DNA of 64,000 nt, from positions 32,001-96,000 of IMG/VR virus record IMGVR_UViG_3300028591_000121. One strand, given 5' to 3'. The number at the start of each line of letters is the position of its first letter. Position 1 is the first letter of the stretch. Positions 44,432 through 57,276 of this stretch are shown here, piece by piece. The notes below the pieces were generated by a model. That model did no database searches. It saw nothing but the letters and a program-made list of their open reading frames with translations, and had not been told where the DNA came from. Source of the DNA: a virus. Its lineage: Duplodnaviria; Caudoviricetes. The position numbers were made by a program, and so were the translations under genes.

Positions 44432-45512
44432 AACATTTATCCTCACACGGTTGGATGACATGAGAATGTTTGCGGATATCACTCTGCATCCTGTTGTCAG
44501 CCCAGATAACTGGAGTGTGTATTCCGATTTGTGCGATCTGATCGACAATACAAGGAATGAGATTGAAAAGAATTACAGCGAGGAAGCAGAGGGCTAAGGA
44601 ATGATTATCAGTGTAAGCACAGGATTAAAGATCATTGTTGCTTTGATCCTGATCGCAACCATAGCAAGCATGTTCATAATGATCGAAGTAACGCACGACC
44701 GATATAATGGATGGCTTTGCAGAGGAATTAAACATTTCAAGTGCGGAGCTATTCACGGTCACGTTTATCACAATGGAGAATGTCTCCGCTGCGGTAAACA
44801 GGAACATCAGGAGAAACGACATGAATAACGATACTTGGATAGAGATCTTCCTTGCCGTGGTAGCTATTATCCTACTGGGCATCAACTGGTACATCAGTAG
44901 TAATGGCGATGATGAAGTTGATGTAATGGACGAGGATTTTGATCTGGATGAGGATTTGAATGACTGAGATTATTAGAGATATCGTGACCTTCATTACCGT
45001 ATTTCTGTTCCTCGCTGGTGTTGCCCTCTTCGGTTCGTTCTTCGGATACAGGAAGAGAGCCGAAGAAGAAATGACTGACTATTACAAAGCACAGCAGAGA
45101 CAGTACAACGAAGGTCATCGGAACGGATTCGACGAGGGTAGGAAGAGGACGGTTGATAATCTGGTTAAGCTTGGATACATCAGCCGGAAGCAAGCCCAGA
45201 AGTTATACAGGAAATGGGATGAGTTAAAGTGACGGAACGAGAAGCCTTTATTTTACAGTTCGAAGAGCAAGTAAATGCTATGTGGCGTGGTACTTCTAAG
45301 AACTTCGTTGTTCTCTCTCCTTTCGAAGCGTTGACGATATTGAGATTTCTGAAGGAGCGGGAAGAGCCTGAACCCATACAGTGGATTCCAATGTACAGAG
45401 GACACAAAGTTGACTGGGTTTGTCCAGACTGTACAAAGTTACTGTATCCGGGCATCGAAACCAAATACTGCGCCGTATGTGGTGCACGGATAAATAAAAA
45501 AGGTGAAGAAAA

Positions 45513-45866
45513 ATGAGATTAATTGATGCCGACAAATTGATGACGGATGTACTCTGTCTGACAAATACAGAAAGCAATTCCAGATTTGTCGAATAGCTGA
45601 CGAGTCTTATCGCAGACGCTCCGACTGTTACGCTTTATGATCGGAAGGAAGGAACATGGATTCTTGATCCAGACGGAATGGATTGGGGTATTCCAGGGTG
45701 GATTTGTTCAGTCTGCCGTAGTCGAAACGATGGGCTGCCGACCGGGGAAGATATTACTCCTGAAAACATTATGCGGTGGTCGGACAGTAAGTTCTGTCCT
45801 CACTGCGGAGCGAAAATGTTGAAGGGAGCATACAGGATTTATCCGCATGTAGACGGGGTGTTCTGA
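45513..45866 (+). CDS. MRLIDAD-family Zn-ribbon protein; in-frame TAG at 45594
   Basis: MRLIDADKL...FVE*LTSLIADAPTV...WICSVC...FCPHCGAKM; ATGA overlap with upstream gene. Confidence 0.8.
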
Positions 45867-48800
45867 AATGGGTTGGATATATGGACTGATTTGCCTTGGA
45901 GTGGTTACTTCCCTTGCTCTTGGTTATCTCTGGGGTTGGAGTCGTAGCTTTGATAAGCAAGAAGAAGCTTACAAAGAAGAGTACGAACGAAGATATAGGA
46001 TCGGATATGAGAACGGATTCCAAGCCGGGAAGAAATATGTATACGACATGATACAAAGTAAGAAATATCTTACTAAGCATCAGATAGAAAAGATGGAGCG
46101 AAGATGGATAAGAGACAACTCAGGAATAATCTTGCGTGTTACGAATCCGACGCTAAAGTCAACCCGGACTTTAAAATAAGCGGACAAATCGTAATTGACA
46201 TGATCGAGTATTTGGATTCTCTGAAACCAGTAAAGCCTAATCTGGCACAGATCGAAGGATACGGGTTGTCCTACTACAGATGCTTCTGCCCAAAGTGTGG
46301 TAACCACGTAGGCTATGTGATCAACGGCAAGGTAGTAGGTGTAGGTATGGGATATGAAAAGTTCTGTAGCAATTGCGGTCAGGAGATTGATTGGGATGAG
46401 TTCAGCTGAGTATGAATTTGTTTACGGTGTAGCTAATGGAGAAGATAACGTCTTTATCGTATCCAAGTCAAAGTTCAGTGAGATCGAAGCTGATAAGTTG
46501 TTCGTCGAAAAGCAAAAGCTTCCGCTTGAAAAAGCCAGAAAGATAACTGGTTGGTTCTATTGTGGATTCGCCTATAACGAAGACAACGAAGAAGTTTTAG
46601 GATGTTGGTTCAGTAGGAAACCGCTTGGCAGATGCGCTCAGGAAGTATACGCCTACGTTTATTGAGGAGATGAGTGAGATGTGCTGGCTTAAAGACGGAT
46701 GTCCGGGGAAGACCGCTGCATGTTACAACTGCCAACCAACTGACGAGGGCTGTCCAGTCTATCGTTGGTTCAGAGAACTGATCCTTGAGAAAGAGAAGAA
46801 GATCGATGAGAAACTGGCGTGATGATCCGATAACGGAGAAACAACAGCAACTCATTAATGATATGCGGGAGTTTTCAGAGTATCCCCTTCCCCTGTTCTC
46901 CGGGACTACAAAAGGTGAAGCGTGTGATTATATCGACAAATGGATCAGCAAGTCACATGAGACGGTACTGGATTGTTGGGATACATCGCAAGGTATACCG
47001 TGACGATCATTTACCTGACACTACGAAAATGATCAGAGGTTGAGTGAGATGCGCTGTAAAGAAGATGTGATAAATAGTCTTGAGATTTGCTTGTACCCGC
47101 CATCGAAATGTGAGAACTGCTCGTATTACGAAGATGAAGAATGCAACGACGATCTGTGCAGAGACGTATTGGAGTTGCTGAAGAAACAGCCTGAGATCGT
47201 ACATTGCAAAGATTGCAAACATCTCTTTGACGGAGAGAACGACGAGAACTGCTGCGCTGTACTGATGGAGAAAGCTCGTTGGATTATTCCGATACAGGTT
47301 GATCCCAATTGGTTCTGCGGAAGCGGAGAAAGGAAAACCCAGGATGGATAAAGCTGAGATTATCCGTAGGCTTGAACAGATATCAAGCCACGCCGTACAT
47401 ACGGTTGGCGAAGAGCCTTTCGTTATGAGTCTCGATGACGGGATAGCGATTAAGGAAGCTATTAATTTGATTAAGCAACAGCCACAGTGGATCAGCGTGG
47501 AAGACAAGTTGCCAGGCAAATGCACCAACTATCTTGTGTATTTCGGAAAAGGTATCGGAACGACAACGAAAACAGCAGTCTGGTTGCCAGAAAAACGAAT
47601 ATGGAAGGGCGCAGAAGCATACAGTACATTAAACGGCATAACGCACTGGATGCCAACACCAAGACCACCTGAAGAGGAGAAGCAGGATGGCTGACAGAGA
47701 AGAAGTGCTGAAGGGGCTTGAACATCACAGACACCTTGAAGCAAGCCGCAATGAATTAGGCCATGATGAATGTTTCGATTGTCCGTATAGGCCGTACGGG
47801 GAAGATACATGCGCTTCGTTGGATCGCATGATTGATGATGCTCTGGAACTGCTGAAAGAGCAGGAAGCACAGATCGAACGGTTAGAGCATGATTTGGCTG
47901 TTACTCAAAACAATCTGAATTATTACGTGAATGGGAATGATTAACAGAAAGGCGGTGAAGTTGGAATGACTGATAGAGAAACGATTATATACGGAATAAA
48001 GGCTGACTTGAAAGGCGATTGTTCCTCATGCCCGTACTCAGAAGAGAATGCGAAAAAGACTGGTACTTATAAGGAAGGCAGATGTATCGGTCATCTGTTA
48101 GAGGATATTCTGGAATTCCTTGAAGAGCCGCCAGAAGAAAGACTTACCTACGACGAGAAGATGGATATGTTAACCACTCTGTGGAAAGGTTTTGATCTTA
48201 CTGACCACGAGTACATGACGCTGAGAGATAGATTGTACAAGAAAGCAAAGTTGAAAGGCGAAGTCGTATGAGCGATGTTAAAGAAGTTATAAGTGGATTG
48301 CAAGAGCTTCGTGGATCAGTAGAAACAATGGAACTTTTATCAGAGACTGTCTCTTTGCTGAACAGATACATACCTCTTCAGCCGATAACAAGACTGGATA
48401 TGGATGGATGGACAGAATACTACTGCGGTAGCTGTAAACAGTATCTTCTGAATTATAAGCCTGGGTTGAATATACAGCTTGATTATCAGAAGTACTGCTG
48501 CGTATGTGGGCAGGCGGTGAAATGGGAATGAAAGTCAGCTATTGCGAGAAATGCAAATGTTACGAGCGTAGAAAATGGAGCGATTATTACACGCCGAAGA
48601 ATTATCACCCAATTGGAATGAGCCACGGATATGGATATTGTAAATTGTATTGTATGCGATGCAGTGAAATCAAGCCGTACATTTGCAGCGGAAGATTGCT
48701 GATTGATGAGCGGGACGGGCGGTGAAGTGGGATGAGTAAGACTTATATTCCTCTGGATATACAATGCTTTTGGTGTAATGGGCGAATGAAACGTGGAGTT

Positions 48801-50749
48801 TCACACTCTGGTTCTGATTTCGACCATGTGACTTACTTCTGCAAGGACTGCGGTGCTGTCTCACATTTTGCAGTCAATCATAAATTTCCTATCGATTCAA
48901 TTAGCGTTGAGTATCTTACGACTAAGAAACCGGGTGAAGAACACGATGACTGATGTTAGTAAGACAATCGCAGAGCTTGAAGGAATCGCTGATTATTTCT
49001 TCGACATTTATGCCAAAGATAGAAATAAGGAAGCGGAACGAAGAATGCTTACTGTTGACCGGGCAGTAAATATTATTCGGTCACAGAGAACCGCACTTAA
49101 TGAAATCGCAGACATTGTAAAGAAGGTTGACAAATAATGCCTAGGTTTATTCAGGTTAAAGAGAGGAATCAGAGTACTCCTACGTGGATTAATACGGATC
49201 AAATCTTGTACTTTTTCTATAACCCGCAATATGACAATACCAATATTTATGTCACCAATCCCGAAACTGAATTTGTTGTTGAAGGCGATATGACGGATGA
49301 AATCCTTGGGGTTAAGAAAGCCTGTTGGGTAAAGATGACTGGGATGATGCCGCCGGAGTATCATGGGCATTATGAGTGTAGTAAATGTGGATGGCATGGA
49401 AAGAACTTTGAGAAAGAGCTTGAATTTGATCACTGCCCAGGGTGCGGCGCAAAGATGAGGGAAACGATATAACAGATGATTGAGACATTGTGTATTGTTA
49501 TGTTGATCTTTGGACTGACTTGCATCAGTGTGTACTGTATACTCAGTCCTTTCTTCGAAGAATGAGGTAAAGAGATGGACACAAGAGATCTGATTGAGAT
49601 GTTGGAGACTTGCTCTGGTAAAACCGATGAGCGGGTTTGCAGAGAATGTCGGTATTCCGCAGAAGGTAAAGCAAACGGCGGGTCTTGTATAAGTAATCTG
49701 ATGCGACAGGCAGCGAACACGTTGCGAAGAGAGACTGGGTACATGAGGGTGTGAGAGTAATGAATAAATTAAACATGATCAAAGGTCTTACGGATGTACG
49801 AGGAAATGTTCCAGTTATTTGCTTGGATACTCAAAACAATATATATGAAATCGTTTCTCTCAAGCGCGTGGCTGGCTCTCAAGATGAAACAATGGCAATC
49901 CTCGCTTACATAAAGAAGGATGGTGAGGACAATGGAGTTTGTGAGAGCAATACAAGAGAATCCTTATGTGGCAACTGCGATCATGGGAATCCTTCTGGGT
50001 CTGGGATACTGGATTATTTGCTTGGCGTTCGATGAGGAGTAAAACATATGACAAGAGATAAGCTTACCGCTCAGGAAGTAATTAAGCTTGTGAGCAATAT
50101 AGTTGGCGAGGTCGAACCAGATGAAGACTGCGACCACGATGAGAACTCAAAGCGGTATGAAAACCTTTGCGTTATGATCAGGCTCACTGACTGGTGCATC
50201 GACAATATCATCAGGGCAACATGGGGTGGCAGTCTCGACATCAGTGAGCAGCGTATCAACGACGAAGCAGATAAAGCTTTGGAAATATGGTACAAAACAT
50301 TGCAAAAAGAGGTAGAGCTTAATGCCGTATATTAAAACGCCGGAAGGCGAAAAGTATGTCGATGACTTTATCAGTACAATAAAAGTTGGCGATAAGATTT
50401 ACGCATTGCAAGCCAGTATTGTTGAAGTCAAGGAAATTAAATGCAAGAACTGCGGTCACCCACTGAAGCTGGAGTATGGAGAAGGGACATGCGAGATGTG
50501 CGGCTCACATTACAGTACACATTTCGAAATTGTGCAATGTTGATCTTCGAAGAGAAATACGTCTACGGCGAAACGCCAACCAGGCAGCAATTAGAAGATG
50601 CGCTTCAGGTTCTGAAGTGCGAGAGGTACGCACGATGGCAGTCAATGATGACTGATCAGGAACGAGAAGAGATTGAACAAGCTCATTACTTGTGCATGTA
50701 TTTGCTTAGAAAAACTCTGACAGAATATTCCTGAACGGATAGATAAATA

Positions 50750-50857
50750 TATGCGGTGTTGGAAGAGGTAAACAAAAACAGAAACAGTTGAGATGGCGGG
50801 TTACCGACGGGGACTTGAGATTCCGTCTCCTATCAGGTGCAAATCCTGATCCGCATA
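50750..50857 (+). ncRNA. tRNA-like RNA A1
   Basis: TATGCGG/CCGCATA stem; D arm TTG-GAAGAGGTAAA-CAA; T arm ATCAGG-TGCAAAT-CCTGAT; no anticodon loop. Confidence 0.75.
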
Positions 50858-50962
50858 AGAATAACGGCTGCTTTCTTCGGAGAGCAGGAAGGATGAAAAC
50901 CACTTCCGTCGAGGTATCGGCAGCAGCAAACACTCATGCGTAGGTAAAGGCAAATACCAAAT

Positions 50963-51109
50963 TGTGTGGTGACGGAAGAGGTAAACGGGCTAGAGGGAGA
51001 TAGCCACGAAAGCGGAGTTAACGTTACCGCTTGAGAATAAGGACTAACGTCGTGCGACCCTACATCTGCGAAAAGGCTATCCTGTTAGGTGCAAATCCTA
51101 ACCCACACA
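50963..51109 (+). ncRNA. tRNA-like RNA A2
   Basis: TGTGTGG/CCACACA; D arm ACG-GAAGAGGTAAA-CGG; GATAGCC/GGCTATC stem; GTTAGG-TGCAAAT-CCTAAC. Confidence 0.75.
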
Positions 51110-51938
51110 TTCTTATATTCAGTTTAGGAGAATCAGCGTATGTGGTTTAAGAAATTTCTTGCAAGACATAAGAAGTACGATCTTCGGAAAGAGCTTGGCG
51201 ATTGGGTTGAGAAAAACCTTGGTGCTGAGTATGTTGATGAAGCACTTGAGAAATACGATAAGTTAAACAGCGGTGTTCCTATCGGCGGATTCCAAGAAAC
51301 GATGTTGTTTGTTGATATGGTCGAGACGGTGAAGGCGGAGTTGTCTAAATGAGTGAACCGAATTGTTATGGTTGTAAGCATGTGATGGATGTGTTTGGTA
51401 ACTATGTCGAGTGCGGGGAACTTGCCAAGACTGGAACACACATGTTTGTTAACTGGTATTACTGGCGAGACGGCAGCCCTGACGAGTGTCCGCTGAAAGC
51501 TAAAGCAGACAAGAAGGAAGAGCCGAAACGTTGGAAGGATGTCTTCCATTACGGGTTTGGTTATACAGTTTGCCCGTATTGTGGAGATGAGACTGGTTGG
51601 TATAACCCGGCAAGCGAACGTTTCCAGTCTGATCTCGAAAACAATCAGCGGGAACGTTGCCCGAAGTGTGGTAAGCGAGTTTATGCAAGAAAGGGCTGGA
51701 TTATGAATCAGCCCCCAGGAGATTGAGTTGTTATGGCACAAGATTTGCATTATGACATGAGAGATTATCCGCCGGACGATCCGTTCTGGACGGAGTCAAC
51801 AGAGCCAGTGATTGTACGTTGTAAAGATTGTAAGTACGGCGAGGAGTGTATACCCCCGTGTGATGATCGTTACTGTCGTTTATATGATCAACGTCATCCC
51901 AGTCATTGGTTTTGTGCGGATGGTGATACAGACGATTA

Positions 51939-52161
51939 AATGCGGTGGCGGAATAGATTACCATCATTCCTGCGGAGAGTAGATAAGGACGTGTCTCTCA
52001 ATTAAGTACACCTGATCACAGGGGCGCAGGTCACGGTTAAAGTAGACGCTTAAAGGGGAGTCAGAGGCGGCATAGCTATAACGAGAGTATAGCCATAGAA
52101 ATGTGCGAAGCGAACAGCCCGAAGTGCTTTGACATGTGAGGTGCAAATCCTCACCCGCATT
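51939..52161 (+). ncRNA. tRNA-like RNA A3 with structured D-loop insertion
   Basis: AATGCGG/CCGCATT; GCG-GAATAG[insert]GTAGA-CGC; GTCAGAG/CTTTGAC stem; GTGAGG-TGCAAAT-CCTCAC. Confidence 0.75.
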
Positions 52162-52167
52162 GATTGT

Positions 52168-52296
52168 ATATGGCTAAGATCAGAAAGGAGATCTGAATCA
52201 GCACAGGGTCTGGTGACTGCTTCTATTTCTCGTAACCGTGAGAGTTAAGTCACGGGGATGCACAAGGTTCGATTCCTTGTTGTGCTGAAGCCATAT
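52168..52296 (+). ncRNA. T-arm-containing structured RNA B
   Basis: ATATGGCT/AGCCATAT outer stem; TCAGCACA/TGTGCTGA; GTGACT/AGTCAC; ACAAGG-TTCGATT-CCTTGT. Confidence 0.65.
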
Positions 52297-52619
52297 TATT
52301 TAAGAAAATTAAGGAGAGAGAAAGATGGACTGGGGATCATTTCTTTTAGGATACTGTTCTGGGGTCATTATAACTTGGGCGGTTTGTTTCCTTGTATTCA
52401 TTTCCGTACTCAAGGACGAGATGAAAAACGAAAGAAGGAACAAGAGATGAGCGAGTTCAAAGAAGGCTTCCAGGCTTATCTGCTGAATCAGCCGTTCTTA
52501 ACATATAAGTCAAGAGAGTGGAAGGCTGGGTTTCTCAACGCTGCTTATACGTGGGTACATGAGTATCAGAGAACGAGCAACGGAGAGCCTGAGACAGAGA
52601 AAGAAGAGCAGTAATAAAT

Positions 52620-52726
52620 GACACGTTGCCTCATTGGTAACAGGGCATCCCGGGACAGGGGTGGCAGACCGTTCGAGTCGGTATTGGGCGAGGCAGACCA
52701 ATGCAAGTTCGATTCTTGTACGTGTC
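52620..52726 (+). ncRNA. tRNA-like RNA C with two T-loops
   Basis: GACACGT/ACGTGTC; D-like arm with TGGTAA; ACCG-TTCGAGT-CGGT; ATTGG/CCAAT hairpin; GCAAG-TTCGATT-CTTGT. Confidence 0.7.
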
Positions 52727-53142
52727 GGAAAGGAAGAGATCGGATGAGGTTTATTGATTGCGGGGACATGTAGCTGTTCCTTTGGATGGAAGATCTTCTG
52801 ACAGACGCAGAGTATTACAGAGCAATTGATCGGTTTAACAAACGACTTATAAAGGAGAAGAACAATGGAAGTAGTGGTAACGCTTGAACTGGACACTCAG
52901 CATATCTTGTCCGCAGAAGAAATTGAACAGGACTTGCGGTTGAACGAACACAATATCGGGTGGGATTATGACTACAAGATCAAAGAGGTAACGATCCCTG
53001 ATTATGAAAAGAGAGTCAGTCTGTGTGACCATTGTAAGTGGTGTGATAAAGACTCTCCTCACCCGTGTGAGAAAGACCCAGATGAAGCGTGTGTTGAGGT
53101 TCTGATGTGTTTCGATTTTGAACATAAAACGGGGGATAAGAA

Positions 53143-53436
53143 ATGAATCAGAAGAAAGAGAAGCGGACAGTCTCCGCTGTATAGAATGTCAGGCTGTCGA
53201 TGGATTTCTACAGTGAGGAAGCAAATGAGCAAACAATCTGCACTTATATTCAACAGCTTCTTGAAGAGTGTGCGGATAACGTCAAAGTATCTTTAGTAGA
53301 GGATGCCACAAGTACAACGAAGGGGGAATCGCCTTGTTTGTGGAGTGCAGAGAATGTATACACTATGCCTCATGTCCAGCCGGTTACAGTCACGGTAATG
53401 CTGCCTGTCTCACTCTGGCAGAGAAGCGAAAACTAA
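53143..53436 (+). CDS. Hypothetical protein; in-frame TAG at 53182
   Basis: ATGA overlap; VSAV*NVRLSMDF has alternating hydrophobic beta-strand pattern. Confidence 0.7.
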
Positions 53437-53471
53437 GAAGAAAAATATCGTTTGGGGATGTGTTTAAGTAT

Positions 53472-54035
53472 ATGGGAACAAGACATTAGATTGCTGTCCA
53501 GTATAAAGGACGTTATTGGGTTGCCCAGTATGGGCAGTGGGATGGATATCCCAGTGGACAGGGCATTGCAGTACTTGAGTTTCTGCGGGATCAGATGGAT
53601 GAGAAGATCTTTCTCAACAACTTGGTCAATGTCCGTGAGATGAACGACAACGAATACCGCACGTTGTTCTCGTTTACCGGGGACAGAGTCAACGCTTTAA
53701 GAGAAATCTTCCCTGAGTTTGATCGTGATACGAGCGCAGATATTCTTCCGATTATTCAGCGGGGCAACTGCTTCCGTATTTCTAATCAGCTTAGGTTTGC
53801 TGCCGACTCCCTGTTCTGTGAGTGGGCATATGTGATCGATTTTGATAAGCGGACATTTGAAGTCTATCAGGGATTTAATAAAGAACCGCTGACTCCAGAG
53901 GATAGGTTTTATGAACTGCGGGAACATGAAGAACTCCCCTACCACGGCGTTAAGCTTGCCAAGTCTTGGAGTCTTGACGAGTTGCCGACGAATGAAGAGT
54001 TCATTTCCGCACTTGAAAAAGAGGATGAAGAATGA
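53472..54035 (+). CDS. Conserved phage protein (MGTRxL...QWDGYP family); in-frame TAG at 53487
   Basis: MGTRH*IAVQYKGRYWVAQYGQWDGYPSGQG...DSLFCEWAYVIDFD. Confidence 0.88.
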
Positions 54036-57000
54036 CGGATATAGAGAAGCAGATTCTTGACAATCAGGAAACTATAACTCTGGCTTTAAGTCAATTAATG
54101 TTGCACGGTATGGACGGCAGAGACCTCAATGACATAACTATACGCAACAGGCTTATAGACAATTACCACAAAACAAGAATGTTGTTGGGCAAGGACTATA
54201 TCAAGAGGTGGTAATGTGAGTCTTGAATTGTTCGCTGCGATCGGATGGTATCTCTTTATCATCTCACCTATATTGTGGCGTTTCGTCTTTAATTATCTCG
54301 ATGACAAGTATGAGGAATAAGAATGGATATTGCTGCTTACGATTCAACGGTTTGTAAGGAATGCAAAGAACTCTGCGATTACTACCTCGATGAATTTTGG
54401 AACTGTCAGGGTGAGTCTGAGCCTTGCCCTGACTTCTTTAACCGCAAGGAGTTCTTCAACCGTAGTAAGACAACGACTGTGAGAAGTTGCTTGGGTTGTC
54501 CGATGCATGATGAGCTTGAAGGATGTTATGCGGATGACCCTGGGGAACACTGTGACGAAGTTGCTCAGGAGATGGAAGATTACTGTACGGGATACGAAGA
54601 GTCTTACGATCCTGAAGATGGGAGTATGTAATATGTATAAGAAAGATATGATCGAACAATTGAAGGGAGTATATGGAAATGTACCCGTCATTTGTATGGA
54701 TCCCAATAAAAAAGTTTATCAAATAACTTCTTTGACCATTGTTCAAGCGAAAGGCGTACCGATTGCTGTACTTGCTGACATAGCATTAACGGAGGATGAG
54801 AAGAATGGGATGTGTTAAAACAATTAGTGCCTTTAGTTTTCCAATGCAAAGCGAGTATGTAAACAGAAGATGCGAAGTATGTTTCCATTACGATACCACA
54901 GTTAAGTTCTTCGGAACGATTATTCGGGATGACCGGGCAGATCCTTTTGAGACTTTGATTAAGCTTGACGATGGGAGAGTAATCAGGGCAACAGAATGTC
55001 AGTATTCAATTAAAGGCCCTGATGTAGTAGTAGCAGAATGAATAATCTGGATGAGATGCCTAGGATTTGCCATGACTGCCCCGCTTGGGAGATATGCGAT
55101 CCGCCTTATATATGTATAGCCACGGAGCAGAAACTTGAAGAGATGAGGAAGGAATCCGCCAATGAAAAAGGTTAAGAATTGGGAAGACATGCCGATGACT
55201 GAAAGGCAGAAAATTATAATCGAAAATTTGTATGAATATGCGGAACATCGTATCCCAAAATTTGTAGGTACGACACAGGGAGAAGCCAGTGAGTACATCA
55301 ATACGTACCTTGGTCACTCACCGCAGGAGATTATCAGATATCCGAAGGAGAATTGATATGGATTTTAGTTTGTTTACTGAAAGAGACAGAGCAGTTGCGG
55401 TTCTTGGGATTATGTCTGCGATGAGTGATGAAGGCAGTGCTGGGCATGAAGCAATCCAATATGCGCTGAATGCGATTAAACGGCTGACTCCTACTGCTCC
55501 GACTGGTGATCCGCCACATTTCTATTCTTGTCCTCATTGCTCAAGACCTATTCTTAAATCTGCTGCAGACGGAGAGCCTAGGCACTGTGAGAATTGTGGA
55601 CAGGCGATCCTTTGGGAGTGAGAAGTATGACGAGCAGAATGACGGCAGAAGAAAAGAAAAAGTTTGTTCAGGATATTACTGAGTTACTTAAATGCGACGT
55701 GTTACAAAAAGAAGATTACTACAAGATTATGAGGATTATCATAAGTGCTTGTAACAGAACGCTCAAGTCTATTGATGATCCGTATGAAGGATATCCTTGC
55801 AGAGAGTGTGATCTGAGTACACGTTCAAGCTGTACTGGCTGTCCAAAAGAAAAGGCATGGAGAGTCAAGCACCCGGATAACGAAGCACTGACTCAGGATG
55901 ATTATGCGGAGAAAGAATTCCACTCCCTGAACGCTGAGTTCAAGAAAGCACTTGATGCCTACGGTGACGATGCGTTCGATAAGACAAGTGCAGTGGAAGC
56001 TTTAAAAGATTCCGTATTCGAGATTTTAATGAGAAGAGGATAAGAGAATGTGGGATATGTATTATAACGGAGACGAGATTAAGAAAAAGATTTATGACTT
56101 TCAGATGGATTGCAAACACTGTAAGCGGGTCAAGGTAGACAAGGACGGAGACAGGGTGACTGTCTGTGCCAGAGATAACCGTGAACACAATGTTGACCAG
56201 GGTCGTTGCTTTGGCTATTGCAGAGATCAGGTATACAGCCCTAAGACTGTGGCTGATGCACTGAAGCAACTCAGCTACGATGCTTACAATTGGCATATTA
56301 ATGAGCGGGTTGTCGGTATGGATGTGAAGGAGTTTGAACTGCTGATGGATACCGCAGCAGATATGATTATGAAGAGGTGTCCGCAGGATGACAACTGAGA
56401 AGCTGCTCAATTGTGGGTATCCCTTACTTACGGGAATGAATCCGATCTGCGATGAGAAGTGCGAGACTTGTGCCTACTCTTTGGATGAGATATGCAGAAG
56501 GTATGAAGAGATGGGTGGAGATGAAGAAGAGTGATTGTGTTTGAATTGACGATGCCCAACGTTGGTTCTTGGAACGGACGGTGGTCAGGCGAGAAGGATT
56601 TGCACGTAAGAATCCGTCAGAACAAAGCTGTCCCCAAGGAATACTGGAACAAAGACTTCTTCTATTCGTGGCCTGATGGATGGACAGCCTGCGTAGAAAC
56701 CCGCAAAGTCTCAGCCAGTGAAGCGAGGAAACTGGAGAACAGATCAATTGGATTCTGCGGGTATGACTGGATGATTGAGTCGATTATTAAGAACGGGAAG
56801 ATTATCTCCCCTAACGAAAAGAAGGTGTAAGGTATGCCAGGTTTTCTTGTGTTTTAGTGGTTGTTTTTGTCCTTCCTGATTGGGATGGCTACGATGTGTG
56901 TTTTTAATATGGATGAAGAGATCAGACCTGATCAGCAAAACGGGTATATCAACAGACCGATTAAGTATTTCAAATGCGGTGCTTTTAATGGACATATTTG

Positions 57001-57075
57001 GGAAGTCCGCATAGATGAAGAGACTGGGATGAAACATTACTACTGTAAGAGATGTGGAAAGGTACGGTGGAAATC

Positions 57076-57276
57076 ATGAGCAATAACAAAGGTGGAAGTA
57101 GTGCAGGAATGGGATAGGCTGATGTCCTGCTGATTATCTTTATTGTGTTAAAGCTTTGCGGAGTAATCAGTTGGTCTTGGGTATGGGTACTCAGTCCGCT
57201 GTGGATTACCGTAGGTATTGCGTTACTCGCTCTTGGTTGTGCATGTGTATGGGAGAAGTATTATGACAGTAAATGA
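57076..57276 (+). CDS. Small phage membrane protein; in-frame TAG at 57115
   Basis: GMG*ADVLLIIFIVLKLCGVISWSWVWVLSPLWI; ATGA overlap. Confidence 0.85.

Larger units (their letters stand above)
41099..50734 (+). other. Array of about 35 small hypothetical, Zn-ribbon and membrane-protein genes
   Basis: Co-oriented overlapping ORFs; many CxxC...CPxCG motifs; DUF551-like WISVEDKLP..THWMP at 47344-47694. Confidence 0.7.

Noticed and set aside
50750-52726. Canonical tRNA genes, an amber suppressor, tmRNA or YrlA Y RNA
   Set aside because: No 5-bp stem with a 7-nt anticodon loop, no CTA anticodon, no CCA and no tag ORF; arm order is not the permuted YrlA order and no Ro60 gene is seen.
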